A DNA stretch of 63,124 nucleotides, filler included, from Welwitschia mirabilis (lineage: Eukaryota), in assembly GCA_051453625.1 (NCBI GenBank). It is 5 parts of one record of this genome, joined end to end, with 100 filler letters (N's around TTAATTAATTAA, not from the genome) between each part and the next. Parts side by side here need not be neighbours in the genome. Positions count along the whole stretch, not along the records: positions 1 to 23,546 come from JBOZIK010000001.1; 4 more parts are not named here. One strand, given 5' to 3'. Within the stretch, counting starts at the first letter, position 1, and every line of letters begins with the position of its first letter. The notes under the pieces were generated by a model. That model did not search any database. It was not told the DNA's origin and saw nothing but the letters and a program-made list of their open reading frames with translations. A program made the translations under genes and the position numbers. Shown piece after piece: positions 1 through 14,131 of the stretch.

Positions 1-1750
1 CTTCATCATCTTTCTTATCATTTTTAAAAGTTGCAGCATCATGCATGGGGGTGTTGAATCATTTTCATTTCTTGTTACAATGGTGCAATCTTTTCTTACT
101 TTATTAGGGTTTAGCAAATGTTGTCTTGTAAGTGATTCTTATGGTCTTTGATTTGCACGCATAGTTTGTTAAAGAATATTTAGTACATTTTTAATATTTG
201 AATTTATCTTCTTTTAAGATTTTCATAGTTCATCAATTAAATTTCTAAGTGGATCATTTTAATTTTGTTGAGAGTTTGATGTACTAGCTTGATAATTTAA
301 GCTAGTTGGTAGAAAGTGAGTGTTGTTTGATTGAAAGTTTTCATTCTTAAATCTATTTCTAATGATTGAAAATTTGGATGATTTGTTTAAAATTCTTGAA
401 TTTATTCTCAAAATATTAAAATTTAGGTTGTCCATTCATCTTAGGTTGAAATTTCTTTTGATTTTGGTTTTGATTTCTATGGTTTGAAGACTTTTAATTG
501 AAAGCACATAATTCTTCATAAATTTTCTCTTTGTAAGTTAATAATAAAGGAGATTGTTTGGTTACATGATAGTTGTTTTCACAAAAATCATAAGCTAAAA
601 TTAAATTATTTTTAGTTACCACCTTTTCATCTAATATCATTTGAGTGTTTTTTTTTAATGTTGTTACAAATTCATTAATTACATTTGTTGGTTCTTTTTC
701 CATTTTTACTTCCTTCGTTTTTTGTTTCAGTTATTTAAGATCTTTTATGATTTAGCCTACAACACAATTTTCTTTAGATGTTGGTTTAGGCTATGTTTGA
801 TTAACTTTCACTTATTTTTCCAATAACCTTCATCCATTTTATAATGTGATATTCATTAAATTTTCATCATATGTAAAATCTACAATCCATTATAGAAATA
901 CTCTATTAATTCTTCTTGAGTAAAAGCATCAATGGGATTAAAATGAATTGCAATGAAAAAAACATTAATTAGTGGCATAATCTTTATTAGATTATTGTTG
1001 GAAATTTGTTATCACTTTCTTTCCTTTTCTTATTATTGTTTTGCTTATAAATCTTTATATAGAAGGTACTTGAACTTGGTTTCATGTTTTTAAGCTTTTA
1101 TGAGAAATTTTTAATATCCATAATTTCACTTTTTCTTTTAACATGATGAAAAAGATAACCATGTAAGTACAACTATTAATTCATTTTTACTGTTTTTTGA
1201 AGTAATCACTAGTTATTCGATGTCGTCTATATGTTGAAGGGGATCTTCATCATTTTCTCCATTAAAATTATGATATGCATTTAAGTTTCTTAACTTGATA
1301 TCATCACTAGGAGATAGGTCAAAAAGATTTTGGATTTCATGATTTTTATTTGCAATTACTTCTCTAAGAGTGAAATTGACATTTGGATTTATAAAAGTAC
1401 TAGAGGTTCCTATCATGATAGGGGAATTAGGTGAATATACTTATTTCTACTTTTACATAGAATTTGAAACTGCAATAAAACTATTTGCTTCTAAACTTTC
1501 TTTAGAAAAATCAAATTCTGAAATAATAAATGTAGAATAATCTTATTGCTCAATTCTTAAAATGTTTGGCAAACTAAGATGTGCATATCTGGGTTTAGTT
1601 CATGGTCGATTAAGCAACCACTCTCTTTAGTAATTTATCTTTTTACCTAAGTTGACCAAGTCCTTAGATGCTTAGTTCTATTTCTATGAGTGTCATCTCA
1701 ATGATCATCTAAATGATAAACCTGGGCAATAGAAGACATAGAAAACTTAA
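1..1750 (-). mobile_element. Degenerate Ty3/gypsy (Athila-like) gag region
   Basis: ORF 1213-1416(-) reads FNGENDEDPLQHIDDI, the FxG...EDPxxH N-terminal motif of retrotransposon gag. Many stops and frameshifts. Lies downstream of the PBS at 2081-2098 on the minus strand. Confidence 0.7.
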
Positions 1751-2080
1751 AAACAAAAAACACAAAAAATAGAGCTACAGAATAACATAGAAAGAAAAAC
1801 TAATAATCATCCTCTGATTCATCTAGATGATAGAGGGGATGATGGGAAAAACCCTAGCTCTTATGAAAATGAATAAAAACCCTAGTTTCATGGTTTGTGA
1901 TCATTGCATGTCATTTGAATCACAAGGGGAATGATAAGGCATTATTTTTGAAATGTAAATAAAAAAATGTAAAAAAACCTATACTTCTACTATAAAGATA
2001 CAATGCTACTATAGAAAAATATGTGAACAAAATTTAAACTCCTTATCTGAGTAATGACAATCCTCAAACTCTAAGTGCCT

Positions 2081-2098
2081 TCCTCAATAATGACACCA
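2081..2098 (-). promoter_or_regulatory. Decayed tRNA-Asp primer-binding site
   Basis: TCCTCAATAATGACACCA versus the canonical Athila PBS reverse complement TCCCCGGCAACGGCGCCA. All mismatches are C>T or G>A, and it lies 3 bp from the LTR terminus TGTTG at 2102. Confidence 0.75.
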
Positions 2099-2101
2099 AG
2101 A

Positions 2102-3949
2102 TGTTGTATTTATATTTGTGTAATTTTTACATTATTATTAAATTCTATCAATCATAAATATATATTGCAAAACACAATACACTAAGATAGACCAGAGTAA
2201 CTCAAATGTTATAATCCATCAAAGGAATAGGCAAGAAGAAAGAGATTTGATTTCAAATAAAATATTTATGTATTTTATAAGTAGAACAAAATGCAATGCA
2301 AGTAAGAAATGCAAAGGAAATATACTATGCAAATAAAATGCAAGACTAATCTAAATTCAACATCTATTCAATTACCAAATTAACTTAGTATAAAGATCAG
2401 CCTTGTATAACCTATAGTAATTAAGGGAACCAGCACCAAACAAAACCAATTTGAGCTATTAGATGCATCAAACAGAATATGAAAACAATGTAGAGTTAAT
2501 CTAGGAAATGAAATCCAATGCACTAAACTACTAATGTCAACTTTAACAAAGGTTTCCCTTATAATCTATATCATAGATGAAGCTGTTATGAATTATAAGT
2601 AATATAAATTATAAAGGAGATGCACATAATAAAAGATATAAAAAGAGAAAAAAAGCTTTAATTAATTTAAACCAACATCTATATTACAAAGTATCAGAAC
2701 CTTAATAAAGGATACATAGCCCAACACCAAGGAAGACATCTCTATGCAATAACAAAAGATGAATATCTTACCCTTTAATATCCTATCATGAGAATTTTTG
2801 GTGTCAAAGTAAGATAAATTTNNNNNNNNNNNNNNNNNNNNNNNNNNNNNNNNNNNNNNNNNNNNNNNNNNNNNNNNNNNNNNNNNNNNNNNNNNNNNNN
2901 NNNNNNNNNNNNNNNNNNNNNNNNNNNNNNNNNNNNNNNNNNNNNNNNNNNNNNNNNNNNNNNNNNNNNNNNNNNNNNNNNNNNNNNNNNNNNNNNNNNN
3001 NNNNNNNNNNNNNNNNNNNNNNNNNNNNNNNNNNNNNNNNNNNNNNNNNNNNNNNNNNNNNNNNNNNNNNNNNNNNNNNNNNNNNNNNNNNNNNNNNNNN
3101 NNNNNNNNNNNNNNNNNNNNNNNNNNNNNNNNNNNNNNNNNNNNNNNNNNNNNNNNNNNNNNNNNNNNNNNNNNNNNNNNNNNNNNNNNNNNNNNNNNNN
3201 NNNNNNNNNNNATCTTAACCTTTAATATCCTCTCATGAGAATTTTTGGTGTCAAAGTAAGATAAATTTGGAATCAAGGTTGAAGGATCCATGTATTACAA
3301 ATAAGACTTTAAAAATAACAAATATTAATAGATGTGAAAAATCCTAATAGCCATGCAAGAAGGCACATGACACATAGAAAAAGTTTGGTCAAGTTTGATA
3401 AATAGTTATTTTTAGATGTTATCTTACTGACCGTTAGACATTACAGGAGATGATGCCATATCATANNNNNNNNNNNNNNNNNNNNNNNNNNNNNNNNNNN
3501 NNNNNNNNNNNNNNNNNNNNNNNNNNNNNNNNNNNNNNNNNNNNNNNNNNNNNNNNNNNNNNNNNTGTTATCTTACTGACTGTTAGACATTAAAGGAGAT
3601 GATGCCATATCATACAGGATCCACATTAGTTGCCAAGTTGGTCTAGTAAGTATCTTAATCATCATAACTTCTTCTATCATCTATATTATCGTCTAGGTAA
3701 TAAGGTCGATGATGGACTTCATAAATATGTTTCTTATCTTAGATTAACCTCTTTAATTACAAGATTTCTACTTTAGAATGGAAGTATTGCTATTAGCCTT
3801 AAATGCTACTAAATGTAATGAAGATTACATGTTTTCATAACATTTGCCTTAGCTCTTCATTATCATCAAAACTTAGCATAAACCTGTCTAATATCCTGTA
3901 AAACTAATTAAAATACCTTATCAAATACATCTAATTTGACAGTGTAACA
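2102..3949 (-). repeat. Athila-like 5' LTR (length inflated by two N gaps)
   Basis: TGTTG...GTAACA termini with an adjacent PBS. Collinear similarity along its length to the LTR at 32812-33923. Confidence 0.75.
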
Positions 3950-6900
3950 CCCCTCAATCACTTGCTATTAATATAAATTAATAGATAATGCTTGAGAAAG
4001 AAAAAGTAGGTGAATTATTTAGCCATTAGAAGGAAGTAAACTTCTCAACCACTAGTAAGCTCTTATCAGTCAGGAATCAAGTCTAGTTGCCATCAAAAGC
4101 CTAAGAATTGAAAGCATACTATTATATTAAGCTTAAAATAGCTTGGGCCTTGTAAGTCCATTTCTTTGAATTAATAAAATCATCATTTCTTCTATTCTTA
4201 ACATATTTAGTGCATTTTTAGATTTTTATCAAGAGTTTCATGAATTGAATGTATCACTTAATGATTTAAAAATTCTATGTTATCATTTTGAAGATTCTAC
4301 ATGTTAAATTTTCTTATTCTATTTGCTAAACAATTCTATCTAACTTATTAGATTTTCTTTGAAATACTTGTTAAATCATTCAATCTCTTAAAATAGTTAT
4401 GTTTTATTTACTGATTAGTCCTTCTTTATTCATTGAATAATATTGTTCTATTTCTGACTCCTAAAATCATCCATTCTAGTCTATCTGTGAAACTATTCTA
4501 GTCTATCTATGGAATTGTTCTAATCTGTTTATGTAATTTTTTACTTTGTTTATTAAATAGTTTAGTTTATATACAAAGTAATATTAATTTGTCAATCAAA
4601 TTATTATATAACTTTTATTAAAATAATTTATCTATTATGTTATTTCATGATGGTTGCTAACCTCATCCAATGCAACTATTAGATCATTCTATCTAATTTT
4701 GTTCATGAAATAGTATTATTATGTTTATATAACTTTTTAGCTCTATTTTCCTTATTTACTAGGAAGGGAATTTCTCTATGAATTTTCTAAAATAGTCATT
4801 ATTTCCTAGTTTTATTCCCTATTAAAATATTAAGTCATTTCATAATCATTTAATCATAGTCCCTTTATAACTTGGTCTCTTTTCAATCACATTTTTTTGG
4901 AAATAATAAGTGTTTCATTTTTAGAATTACATTTAAAGATTCACTTTAATATCCTTTGATCCAAGATTTATAAAATTCAAATTTAGCACATAAAAATATT
5001 TTATGAGTCAATCAAGTTAAATCATTAGGAACGCTACCATATATCATAGCGACAATAAGTTTAATTTGCTATAAATTCATGAAACCTCTTTGTATGTTTT
5101 ACCATTGATAATTATATTTATATTATAAACATAAAAGGTTTGAAATACTTATGTTAATTAGCATAACTTTACTCTTTATTTACTACTTATCTTCTTTGTG
5201 TAAACTTCTACGTTTGACTAGTATTATTATCACTACTACTAGCACTGCCATCATTTTTATGGATTTTGTTATCATTCATAGTTTAGTTTGTGTATTTTAT
5301 TCATTTGTGTTAATCTTTTTTATTGCCTATCATAAAACTCTTTTCTTTGAACTTGATTTCTTATAAATCATTGAATTAGATCTCCTATTGGATGATATTG
5401 GATGACTTCATAGGAAAGTAATGAATAACTAGAATACCAACCACCGTTAAATGACTTTGACATTGACCTTGATCAAGATTATATGAAATCTACATTTCAT
5501 TTTAGTAAAAATTGAACTAAAAATCCCATAGATATCCTCTTGACTAAATTAACAATGTTTAAAACTAATAGAGATTATGTCGATTAAGGATTACCTAGGA
5601 AAACATTTAAAGAACTATGATATCCTTAGTGTTTGGTTACACCATCTTATAGGGTTCTCCTCCATTACATGAACTAAATTGAAATAAAACCTATTATTAT
5701 TAACTTATAATATAAATTTCATGGCCTAGATTTTGAAGATTAATATAAGAATTTAAAAGAGTTTAAACTTATAATTTCACCTTAGGAGGTGAATATGAAG
5801 CAATTAGAATAAACGTTTTCATTTTCTTCCTAAAAGAAAAAGTTAAATCTTAGCTAAAATACTTGAAACCTTACTTTAGTAGGTCATGAAGATATTTCAC
5901 TCATGAGTTGTTGAAAAGTTATTTTATAGCATATAAAAACAAATGAACTAAGAATAAAAATTACGGACTTTCAAGAACAAGATAATGAAATTTGTCACAA
6001 GGCATTGGAGAGATTTTAATATCTAATAAAGCAATGTCCCTAGTATGGTTTTAAATCTTAGAGATTGTTAAGCATTATATGAAGGATTAACTAAATAAAT
6101 AGGAAACTAATAAAGATGATTAGTGCTTGAAGTTTTACATCTAAAAAGCTACATAAGTCATGGATACATTTGAAAACATTATTGAAACTTCTAAAAATTA
6201 GAATAAGACCTTTTGAAAAGATATATGTACTAAACAACGTTAATCCTATATGGCCATAGGATGAGAAATATATGAGGTAAATGAGGAAACAAACTTAAAT
6301 AGGAAGATAAATTATATTACTAAGAGATTATATGTTCTTAAGTCATCTAAACCTTAGCAAGTTAATGGTGGAGTTAAATGTGCTATATGTGCTTTTGATG
6401 AACATGAAATAAGAGAATGTCCCTCTATCTTACTACATAAAGGAATAGTAACTAACTAGGTAACTAACATACCAGCTAGGAAATCCTTCTCAAGATTATA
6501 ACAACAAAACCCTTATTCCCTTATGAAGATTCTTATAATCCAAAATAGCAAAACCACCATGTCTCAACAAAAATGAAACATCTACTATAAAAGCACCTAG
6601 TCAATCTTACAGTAGACAAGTTGAGGGCATTCTTAAGTAATTTATAAAAACCTAATTAGCCAATAATAACAAATAAGATAAAATTAGTAGTAAATATTCT
6701 TAAACTCTTCAATTTCTAGAACAAGGAATGAACCAACTTTCTAATCTACAATCCACTTGTTGACTTCACTTTGTCAGAGATAAAAGAGAAAGTTTCTAGC
6801 TCATCCTATTCTTAGTCTAAAATGATTAATATAGTTGAAGAATAGGTAGACGCTAAGAAAGTTAACACTATCTAACTTAGAAGTGATATCCAAATAAATG

Positions 6901-7288
6901 AAGATGTTTAATCATTAAGGAAATATACCTTTAACCCTAATGTTAAACCTCAGATGTGTCCTAAACTTGAGAAAGATGAATAAGATGATATACAAGGATT
7001 TGTATGTAAATAAACAAGAAAAGTACCATTTTCTAAATACAACACATCTTTAGGAAAGAAAAAAACTTAAGGAAGTATTCCTAAAAATCCATAAAGAAGT
7101 GAGAATAAATATTCCTCTTTTGGATTCCATTAATAAAGTTATTTTAAGTAACATTTCTTAATAATAAAGATAAAAATGAAAACGTCTCTAACCTAACAAG
7201 TAAATGACACAGTTTAAAATAAAATTCCATAAAAGTTTAGAAATCATGGTTCCCTAACAATTTCATGTGCCATAGGCAACATATAACA
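3950..7288 (+). mobile_element. Athila-like internal fragment: 5' leader plus degenerate gag, truncated before the protease core
   Basis: About 5680-5765 reads ...KFHGLDFED*YKNLKEF (gag). About 7235-7280 reads KFRNHGSLTISCAIGN, matching the KxKDPGSxTIxCxIG motif. Leader segment 3951-4160 is shared with 43976-44190. Confidence 0.7.
4473..4538. repeat. Degenerate 22-bp tandem repeat (at least 3 units) in the Athila leader
   Basis: ATTCTAGTCTATCTGTGAAACT / ATTCTAGTCTATCTATGGAATT / GTTCTAATCTGTTTATGTAATT. Confidence 0.6.
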
Positions 7289-8190
7289 TGTCAAAGTTAC
7301 CTACCCCATTATGACATTACATATATAGATTTGTATTCGATTTAGAATGCATCTTTATTATTGTTATTATGCATGAAAAGGTTTTTCCCCCATAGTGTAG
7401 TAATGGTCTCATTAAATTATGCACATTGTTTATTGCATAAGTTTAAAGAATGTGGCTTGTAAGTTGATTTCTCCTAGTTAAGAGTATGTTACAATGCATT
7501 ACCATTACAATTTGGCATGTATGTTGCATGGTGATAAATCTTATTCCTATGTGACTAATTAAAGCTAACTATAGTATACTTTATTCTCTTGAGGTAAATA
7601 ACCTAGCCATGATAATGCTTATGCCTTGAAGATGGATTCAGCATTTTTTTTTTGGTTAGTAGTGCATTACATGCTTCTAATTTATGTGAAATCCTTAATG
7701 ATAACTCTACACATTTACAATTGATAAAAGTGATCTTAAAAAGCATTTGATATTGTAAAGTTAATTTATCCATTTTAAGGTTGATTAAAACACATAAAAT
7801 AATGTTTCATTATTAAATGTTAAAAAGATAATAAGATAGTACTCTTAAAAATTAAAATTGATTAGTAGAATGATACTCTAATTAAAAAAGTGTAATTATT
7901 ACATAACAATGCCCTAAATAAAGAAAAACATAATTATTACATAATACTTATCTAATTAAAGAAAAGTGTAATTATTATATCATAGTTCATTTAAATTCTT
8001 AAATAACCAAAACAAAGCTCTCATTCCTTTAATGTAAATAGGCTTTAATTTTTTCTGTAACTTTATTATGAGTACTAGCATTCTAGTAGGTAACTAAACC
8101 TCTATTCTTAGTTTATGCAATTTCACATTGGTTGTTTTAGGTTTTATTTATTTATATCTCTTTCTAAACTAAATCTCATGCCCCCTCCCT

Positions 8191-9384
8191 TGTGATCATG
8201 TTTTACAATGAACTAGATTTAACTAAGTATAAACCTAGTATTGTTTTTTACGCTAGAATAATTAGGATAGTTTTTAGAAATTTTACACTAACTATTATTT
8301 AATGTAAGTTACAAATTAAAAAAAGGAAAAGAAAAAAGAAAAGAGAGTGAAAATGATTTTGGTTAAATTTTTAACTTAGGAAAGAAGAAGAGCAAACTAG
8401 CTCCAAGGTTTCATCAATTTAATCTCTAGTAATATGCCACTCTAATATTGCCCAATGCTTTCACGCAATACACTTAAAACTATCTAGTATTTTGGGCTCA
8501 GATTATGGTAACATAATATCATTCAACATATGCGTGATGATGAACTTAATTGCCACTTAATATTTCATAACCTTAAAATAGCAATGGAAGGTAAGGACCC
8601 TAAGTAGTTGAAATCCATAAAGTTAAAAGACTTAGACGAAATGTTTAAAGAGCTCACTCAAATGAAATAAAGCTTAACAGTTAAGTTGCTACTTAAGCAT
8701 TTTAAGTATAAAGTGACTTATGATTTGAAATCAAAAGTAAAAAATTTATGTATTAAGGAAAAAGAACACTCTATGAGAAAGGAAGAAGGATACTATATAA
8801 ATCCTTATGTGATCCTCGAAGACTAGCTTACTCATTAAAGAGTTACTTAGAAAGCAAAAATGATTGACATTTTAAGGTTCTAAATTTATTCAAAGTCAAA
8901 GAGGATACAATTAAGGAGTTAAAACTCTTTTATGGGGAGAGATGGAGGTGAGGAGTGGTTACAATCTCTTAGCTTATACTGTTACTCAAAAATGCCACAT
9001 TTTACTTCTGTGAGTCCTCGTCATTACTAACACATGTCATCAATAATGCAATTTACATTTGATGTGGAATTTGATCAAGCTTATAACTGTATTTGATTTA
9101 ATTCTTTATGATAGATCAGAAATATAGGAATTAAAGTGTTCTACCCTCATAGATCAATAGCACTATGAGTCGTGGATAGTGGTGCCATTGTTTTAGCTTG
9201 AATGATTATCAAATTTCAGCATATCCTTCAAGATGCAAATGTCATGGATAAATGATAAGTCTAAAATTATTATGTCAAATCAATAGAAAACATGTTTTTA
9301 TGATAAATTCATTTTGTTAATGTCTTCCATGAAGATAAATTTATTAATTAACTTAATTGTAATGTCAATTTTTACATTTTAACA
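8191..9384 (-). repeat. 3' LTR of element 8191-15453
   Basis: TG...AACA termini. A 110-bp sample (8451-8560 vs 14383-14492) differs at 18 positions with no gaps. Confidence 0.85.
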
Positions 9385-12300
9385 AACCTCATAACTAGTC
9401 TTTCATAAGTGATATCAAAATATTAATAATGAAATGGTTAAACATGAAAAAATTGGTTAAGTTAAAGTGCTTAAGCATGAGAATGATATGAATTAAGGAA
9501 TTAAAATTAAAAATTTGGTGAAAAATGTCATGAAAACTAGATGCCATACCTCCTAACCAAAACTCAACTTTGTCCTCAAAGTTATATGGTGAAAATTATT
9601 AAAAACATTTTGACGACATAGTTTTAAAAAGATTACGATGACTCCTTTTATTAAAAACCAATGCAAAATAATGAAATTAATCTTTAAAAAAGGAAACATA
9701 ACTAATTTAAAATAATTAATTTATTTTAAAACTAAGTGGATCATCAATTCATAAAAATGATTAATTCCTTATGATTTATTTCTCATAAAATGGGGGTGAA
9801 GTGAAATGGATGATGGATAAGGAAAATGAACATTAAAGGAGTTAACAAAAAATTAATAAGTGAGTAAACTAATCTAACCAATAATCCTTATTATATTCTT
9901 GTATTTTTTAGTAGATCTTAAAATCAACTAAATGTAGTCTTAATTTATATGAATTTAAGAAATTATTCCAAATTCTAAGTAGGATAATTAAAGATAACAA
10001 ACCATAACAAGCCTTTGATTTTTACCTTTTTTGTTCCTTTATTTTCTATTTCTATAAGTGTATATGCTCTTAGTATAATCCTTTAAATCACATTGGGCAT
10101 CTAGTATTATGAAATTTTCTACCAAGAGAGTTAAGTATGTTGTTTTATCTAGAAATCAGTGTTACATTGCCAATGAGTTTTTATAGTCTTGATGCCATTG
10201 ATTATGTCATAATTAGATCATTAGAGTTGCATTGCCAGTAAGTATTCATAGCCTTAATGCAATTAACTAAACCTAGTTAAGTGATTAATGGTATGTGCAT
10301 TTGGAAAAGAGATATATTATTTTATTTTGTTTATTTTCTCATGTTCATTTTTTATGCACATTTAAAAAGGCCATTGGTTTATTATCCTAATCAAGACAAA
10401 TCTTGTTTCCATTAAAAGCTCTAGAATTAAGAAGCATAATACAAAGGTAGATCCCATCTTTTTCAACCATGATTTATTAAAATTGGAGATCCTAAGAGAA
10501 TGCACCTTTTAATAATCACACTCAAAATAAGCATAACTCTTTCTTAAAAAATCATGAGTATACTCAATTTTAACTATTACCTAGGTGATAAAAAGACTAT
10601 TTTATTATTGATTTTAGATTAAGAGCCATTAACCCAGATCTATTAGTCTCAGAAATTCATAAGTAAATTGTTGGAATGGATGGTTTATAGGTTTAATGAG
10701 GTGGTTTGAAAATGGATTTGGTGAATGTAAAGGTTTAAAGGGATGGTGGAATGAGTGATGATGTTGTGAGGTATTTATGAAAAAATCATCTTTAGGTAAA
10801 ACATGAGTTTTTTAAGGATTTCTTATCATAGAAGACTCGAAAGTAATATAACTATTAGGTCTGGAGTCAGAGAAGCAACATTCAAGTGATGACAAAGAAT
10901 GGGAAATATTTGGCTTATAAGGAGAACGTTTAGAGTCACCAATTTCATTAACCTAGTTAACCTCATCAAGGTTGTCTGGTAATTTCATTATGTTTAAAAT
11001 GTTTAATTTCAAAGTCATGTTGCTAAATAATATTTTCATCTTTTCATTCCTACAATTAATAAGGATGTTTAACATCACAAGGAGTGACATTTCAAAAATG
11101 ATTGAAACTAAATTACATTTTATCGTGTCCATTTCTAAAATAATGAAGTTCATCAGGAAATAGCATTTATCGTCTTGGATTATTACATCTTCAACTATTC
11201 TTAATGATGACTTCATGGAATGTTAGCTAATCACAATTGGATTTTAGTATGTTTAAGGTTATTTAAGCTAAGTTCCTAAAATACATACTAGGATAAGATA
11301 TTAATAGTTGCTTCCAAATCTGAAAGGCTTGTTTAATGTTTTTATCCCCAATTGTAATGGCTATCATGAAGCAATCTAGATCTTTGTACTTAGGCAAGAA
11401 CTAGTTTTAGATTATTACATGTGTTTGTTAAGCTAAAAAGGCTTAGTTATTTATGTCTAATCATCTCTTATTATACACATATCCTTAAGGAACTTTGCAT
11501 ATGAGGGAATCTTTTTAATTCCTTATAAAAGAGGAAAATTAATTTTAAATTTATTAAAAATTTCTAAGGCCTTTAACTATTATTTCTTAATGTTCTCATT
11601 TCTAAGACATTAGGAAAAATTCAGGGCTCTTTGTATGTGGGCAAAGATTATTTTAAGTTTTTTACCTTTTCTTTGTTTAAATCTTGGGAGAAGGGTAAAG
11701 GTTCTTGGTAAAGAGTTATGTATTTTTATTTTTCCTTCCCCTCATCTTTAGATTAACTTTGATTTAAACCTTGGTTAATCTCTATGCCACTTCTAGGATG
11801 AATGGATTTGATTTTCTCTAAGTGGCTTAGCCATTCTTCTATAAACCTTACTCCTTTGGGATTTAGTTGAGCACTCATTAGAAGTTTTCTTAGATATTTA
11901 TGATTTAAGGCCAAGAGAATCTAGGTTTGGATTTTTTAAACTCATTAAATAATTTGTGATATGAATTAGGTATTTTTGTCTAGGATGGTTAAAGATGAGG
12001 AATGTTGCTTAAGGATGATTTCATGGTTGCAATTAATTTGGACTTGGTTTTTCATGAATTTACTTACCAATTTCTCAAAAGGATTAGTAAGAAGTGGTAT
12101 TAGTAATTGAGTGGAAAAGAATGATGGGGATAATAAAGGAAAAGGATTTCTTAGTTAACTAATTTAATTATCTTATTCCAATAAAAGTTGGAATGATTCG
12201 TCCACCTGGGGTTAATTGTGTTTGAGTAAGAGTCAATTTTTTTTTAGTTTTCCACTAGTGCCCTACCACATTAACTTGTTTATTAGTAGTATTATGAAAT

Positions 12301-14110
12301 AGAGAAATGAAAGGAGACTTGAATGTTTCATGGATATATATATGTGACAAATTAAACATTTAGGTTTAATAACTAAGGGTAAAGGTGAGGGTGAGGTAGT
12401 TAAGGATTTTACTCTTCATGCCAATTTATTTATCATGTTATTCAATTCAAAATTTTCAAGTACCTTAAAAACACTTGTGGATCTAACATGATAGTAGAAC
12501 CTAGATAGTCTTGAAGGCTTCTCATAGTTTTTAAAACTCTTAGCAACACTATCAAAATATTTGTAAACTTCATCTAGGGATATTAAGGAATTTTCTCCTT
12601 CTTATCATCTTGACTAGTTGCCTATTATTCATGGTTAACCCATTATAAAAGAAACTTATTTTCCTTATTGGTTAAAATCTATGTTAAGAGTATTCTTATA
12701 ATAAGTCTTAAAACCTCTCTAGAACTTAGGCAAATTTTTCATGCTTCTTTTACTAGTAATTCATGATTTTCATTCTTAAGACATTAGTTTTGTAATTGGG
12801 AAAGAATTTGAAGAGGATTATTTTTTTAAGATTGACCCAAGTTTTAATAGAGAAGGTATTAATGGGCATCATGAATATTCTAGTATTGGAGGATAGTTGA
12901 TAAGACACACTCAAATTCCTTAAGGTGAAGGTACAGATCCTTAGATTCTAGGCCATAAAAGTGAGGAAAAAGTTGGATAGTAAAGGGTTTAAACTCTAAC
13001 CTTTATTTTATCAGTAGTAGCGTGATGCACGAAGGTGTTCCTATGCATCATGATTAGAGATAATCATAAAGGTTTTGCCTAGGTTGGTTAATATTAGCTG
13101 CATCAACTTGTCTTTTGGTTGCCTCTTGGGTAAGGTAATAGGTTGTTAATTAAGCAATTAGTTCTTGATTAGATATAGCTTCACTAAGTGGATCATTTAA
13201 ATTTTATTATAATTGAGATGAGGGGTCTTGTTGATTATAATTTGGATTATTTTGAGAAGAGGAGGCTGGGTCTCTTTGGTTGTCATTATGATGCTCATTT
13301 CATTGCACACTTCTTGGATTAGTCTTGAGGTTCATATTGTTAAGGGATCCTCATTAATATTTCAAACTCATCATGAATTCAAGGCATGAAAAGATAAGTT
13401 TAAGCTAGTCTTTAATTAATTTTAAAATATTTTTAATAAAGCCTACAAGACCAAATTATTTAATAGATTTCACAGAAGTTTTGGACAAAAACATAGAGTT
13501 GTCTAGGCATAGAAGCTGGTGGCCCTAAGTAGGGTAGGTGTTAGCACCAATTAGAACATGAGTTAAACTTTCAAAAAAAACTATAACACTTTACAACTTC
13601 CTTACAAGTCGATTAACAAATTAGGCTCATAAAAAAATTAAATAGAGACAAAAAATATGAGCATTTATAAACTAAATTTTTAATAAAATTGTAAAAAAAT
13701 TTTATATTTTGAAAGTTTTTAACACAGTGAATTCACAAAACTAAAAATAAAAAAAAGCATAAAATGATAAGAAGCATGCAACATAAATTAAAATTTTTAG
13801 TTTTTAAAGTTTTCTCCTTAGGCAACTTGTAAATAAACTATTAGACATGTACAAAAAAATAAGTTAGAGCAAAAACAAAAGTTAAAGAAAACTTAACATT
13901 GGATTAGTTTGGGTATAATTGGAATGACTAGTACCAATTATTGAAAGGAAAACTAAAGAACAACATACAAAATGAAAGAAAGCAAAAGAGTAGTAGTTCG
14001 GGTATCACTACAGTGGACCAGTATACATTAGTAGAAAAAATAAAATCTAACTATAAAGCTTGCAAGGAAAAAAAAAGTAGATGATCTTCTAAGTTTCTAC
14101 CATGCCATTA

Positions 14111-14128
14111 TCTCCAGCAACAATGTTA
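14111..14128 (-). promoter_or_regulatory. Decayed tRNA-Asp PBS
   Basis: TCTCCAGCAACAATGTTA versus TCCCCGGCAACGGCGCCA; only C>T/G>A changes; adjacent to the LTR terminus. Confidence 0.8.
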
Positions 14129-14131
14129 AAA

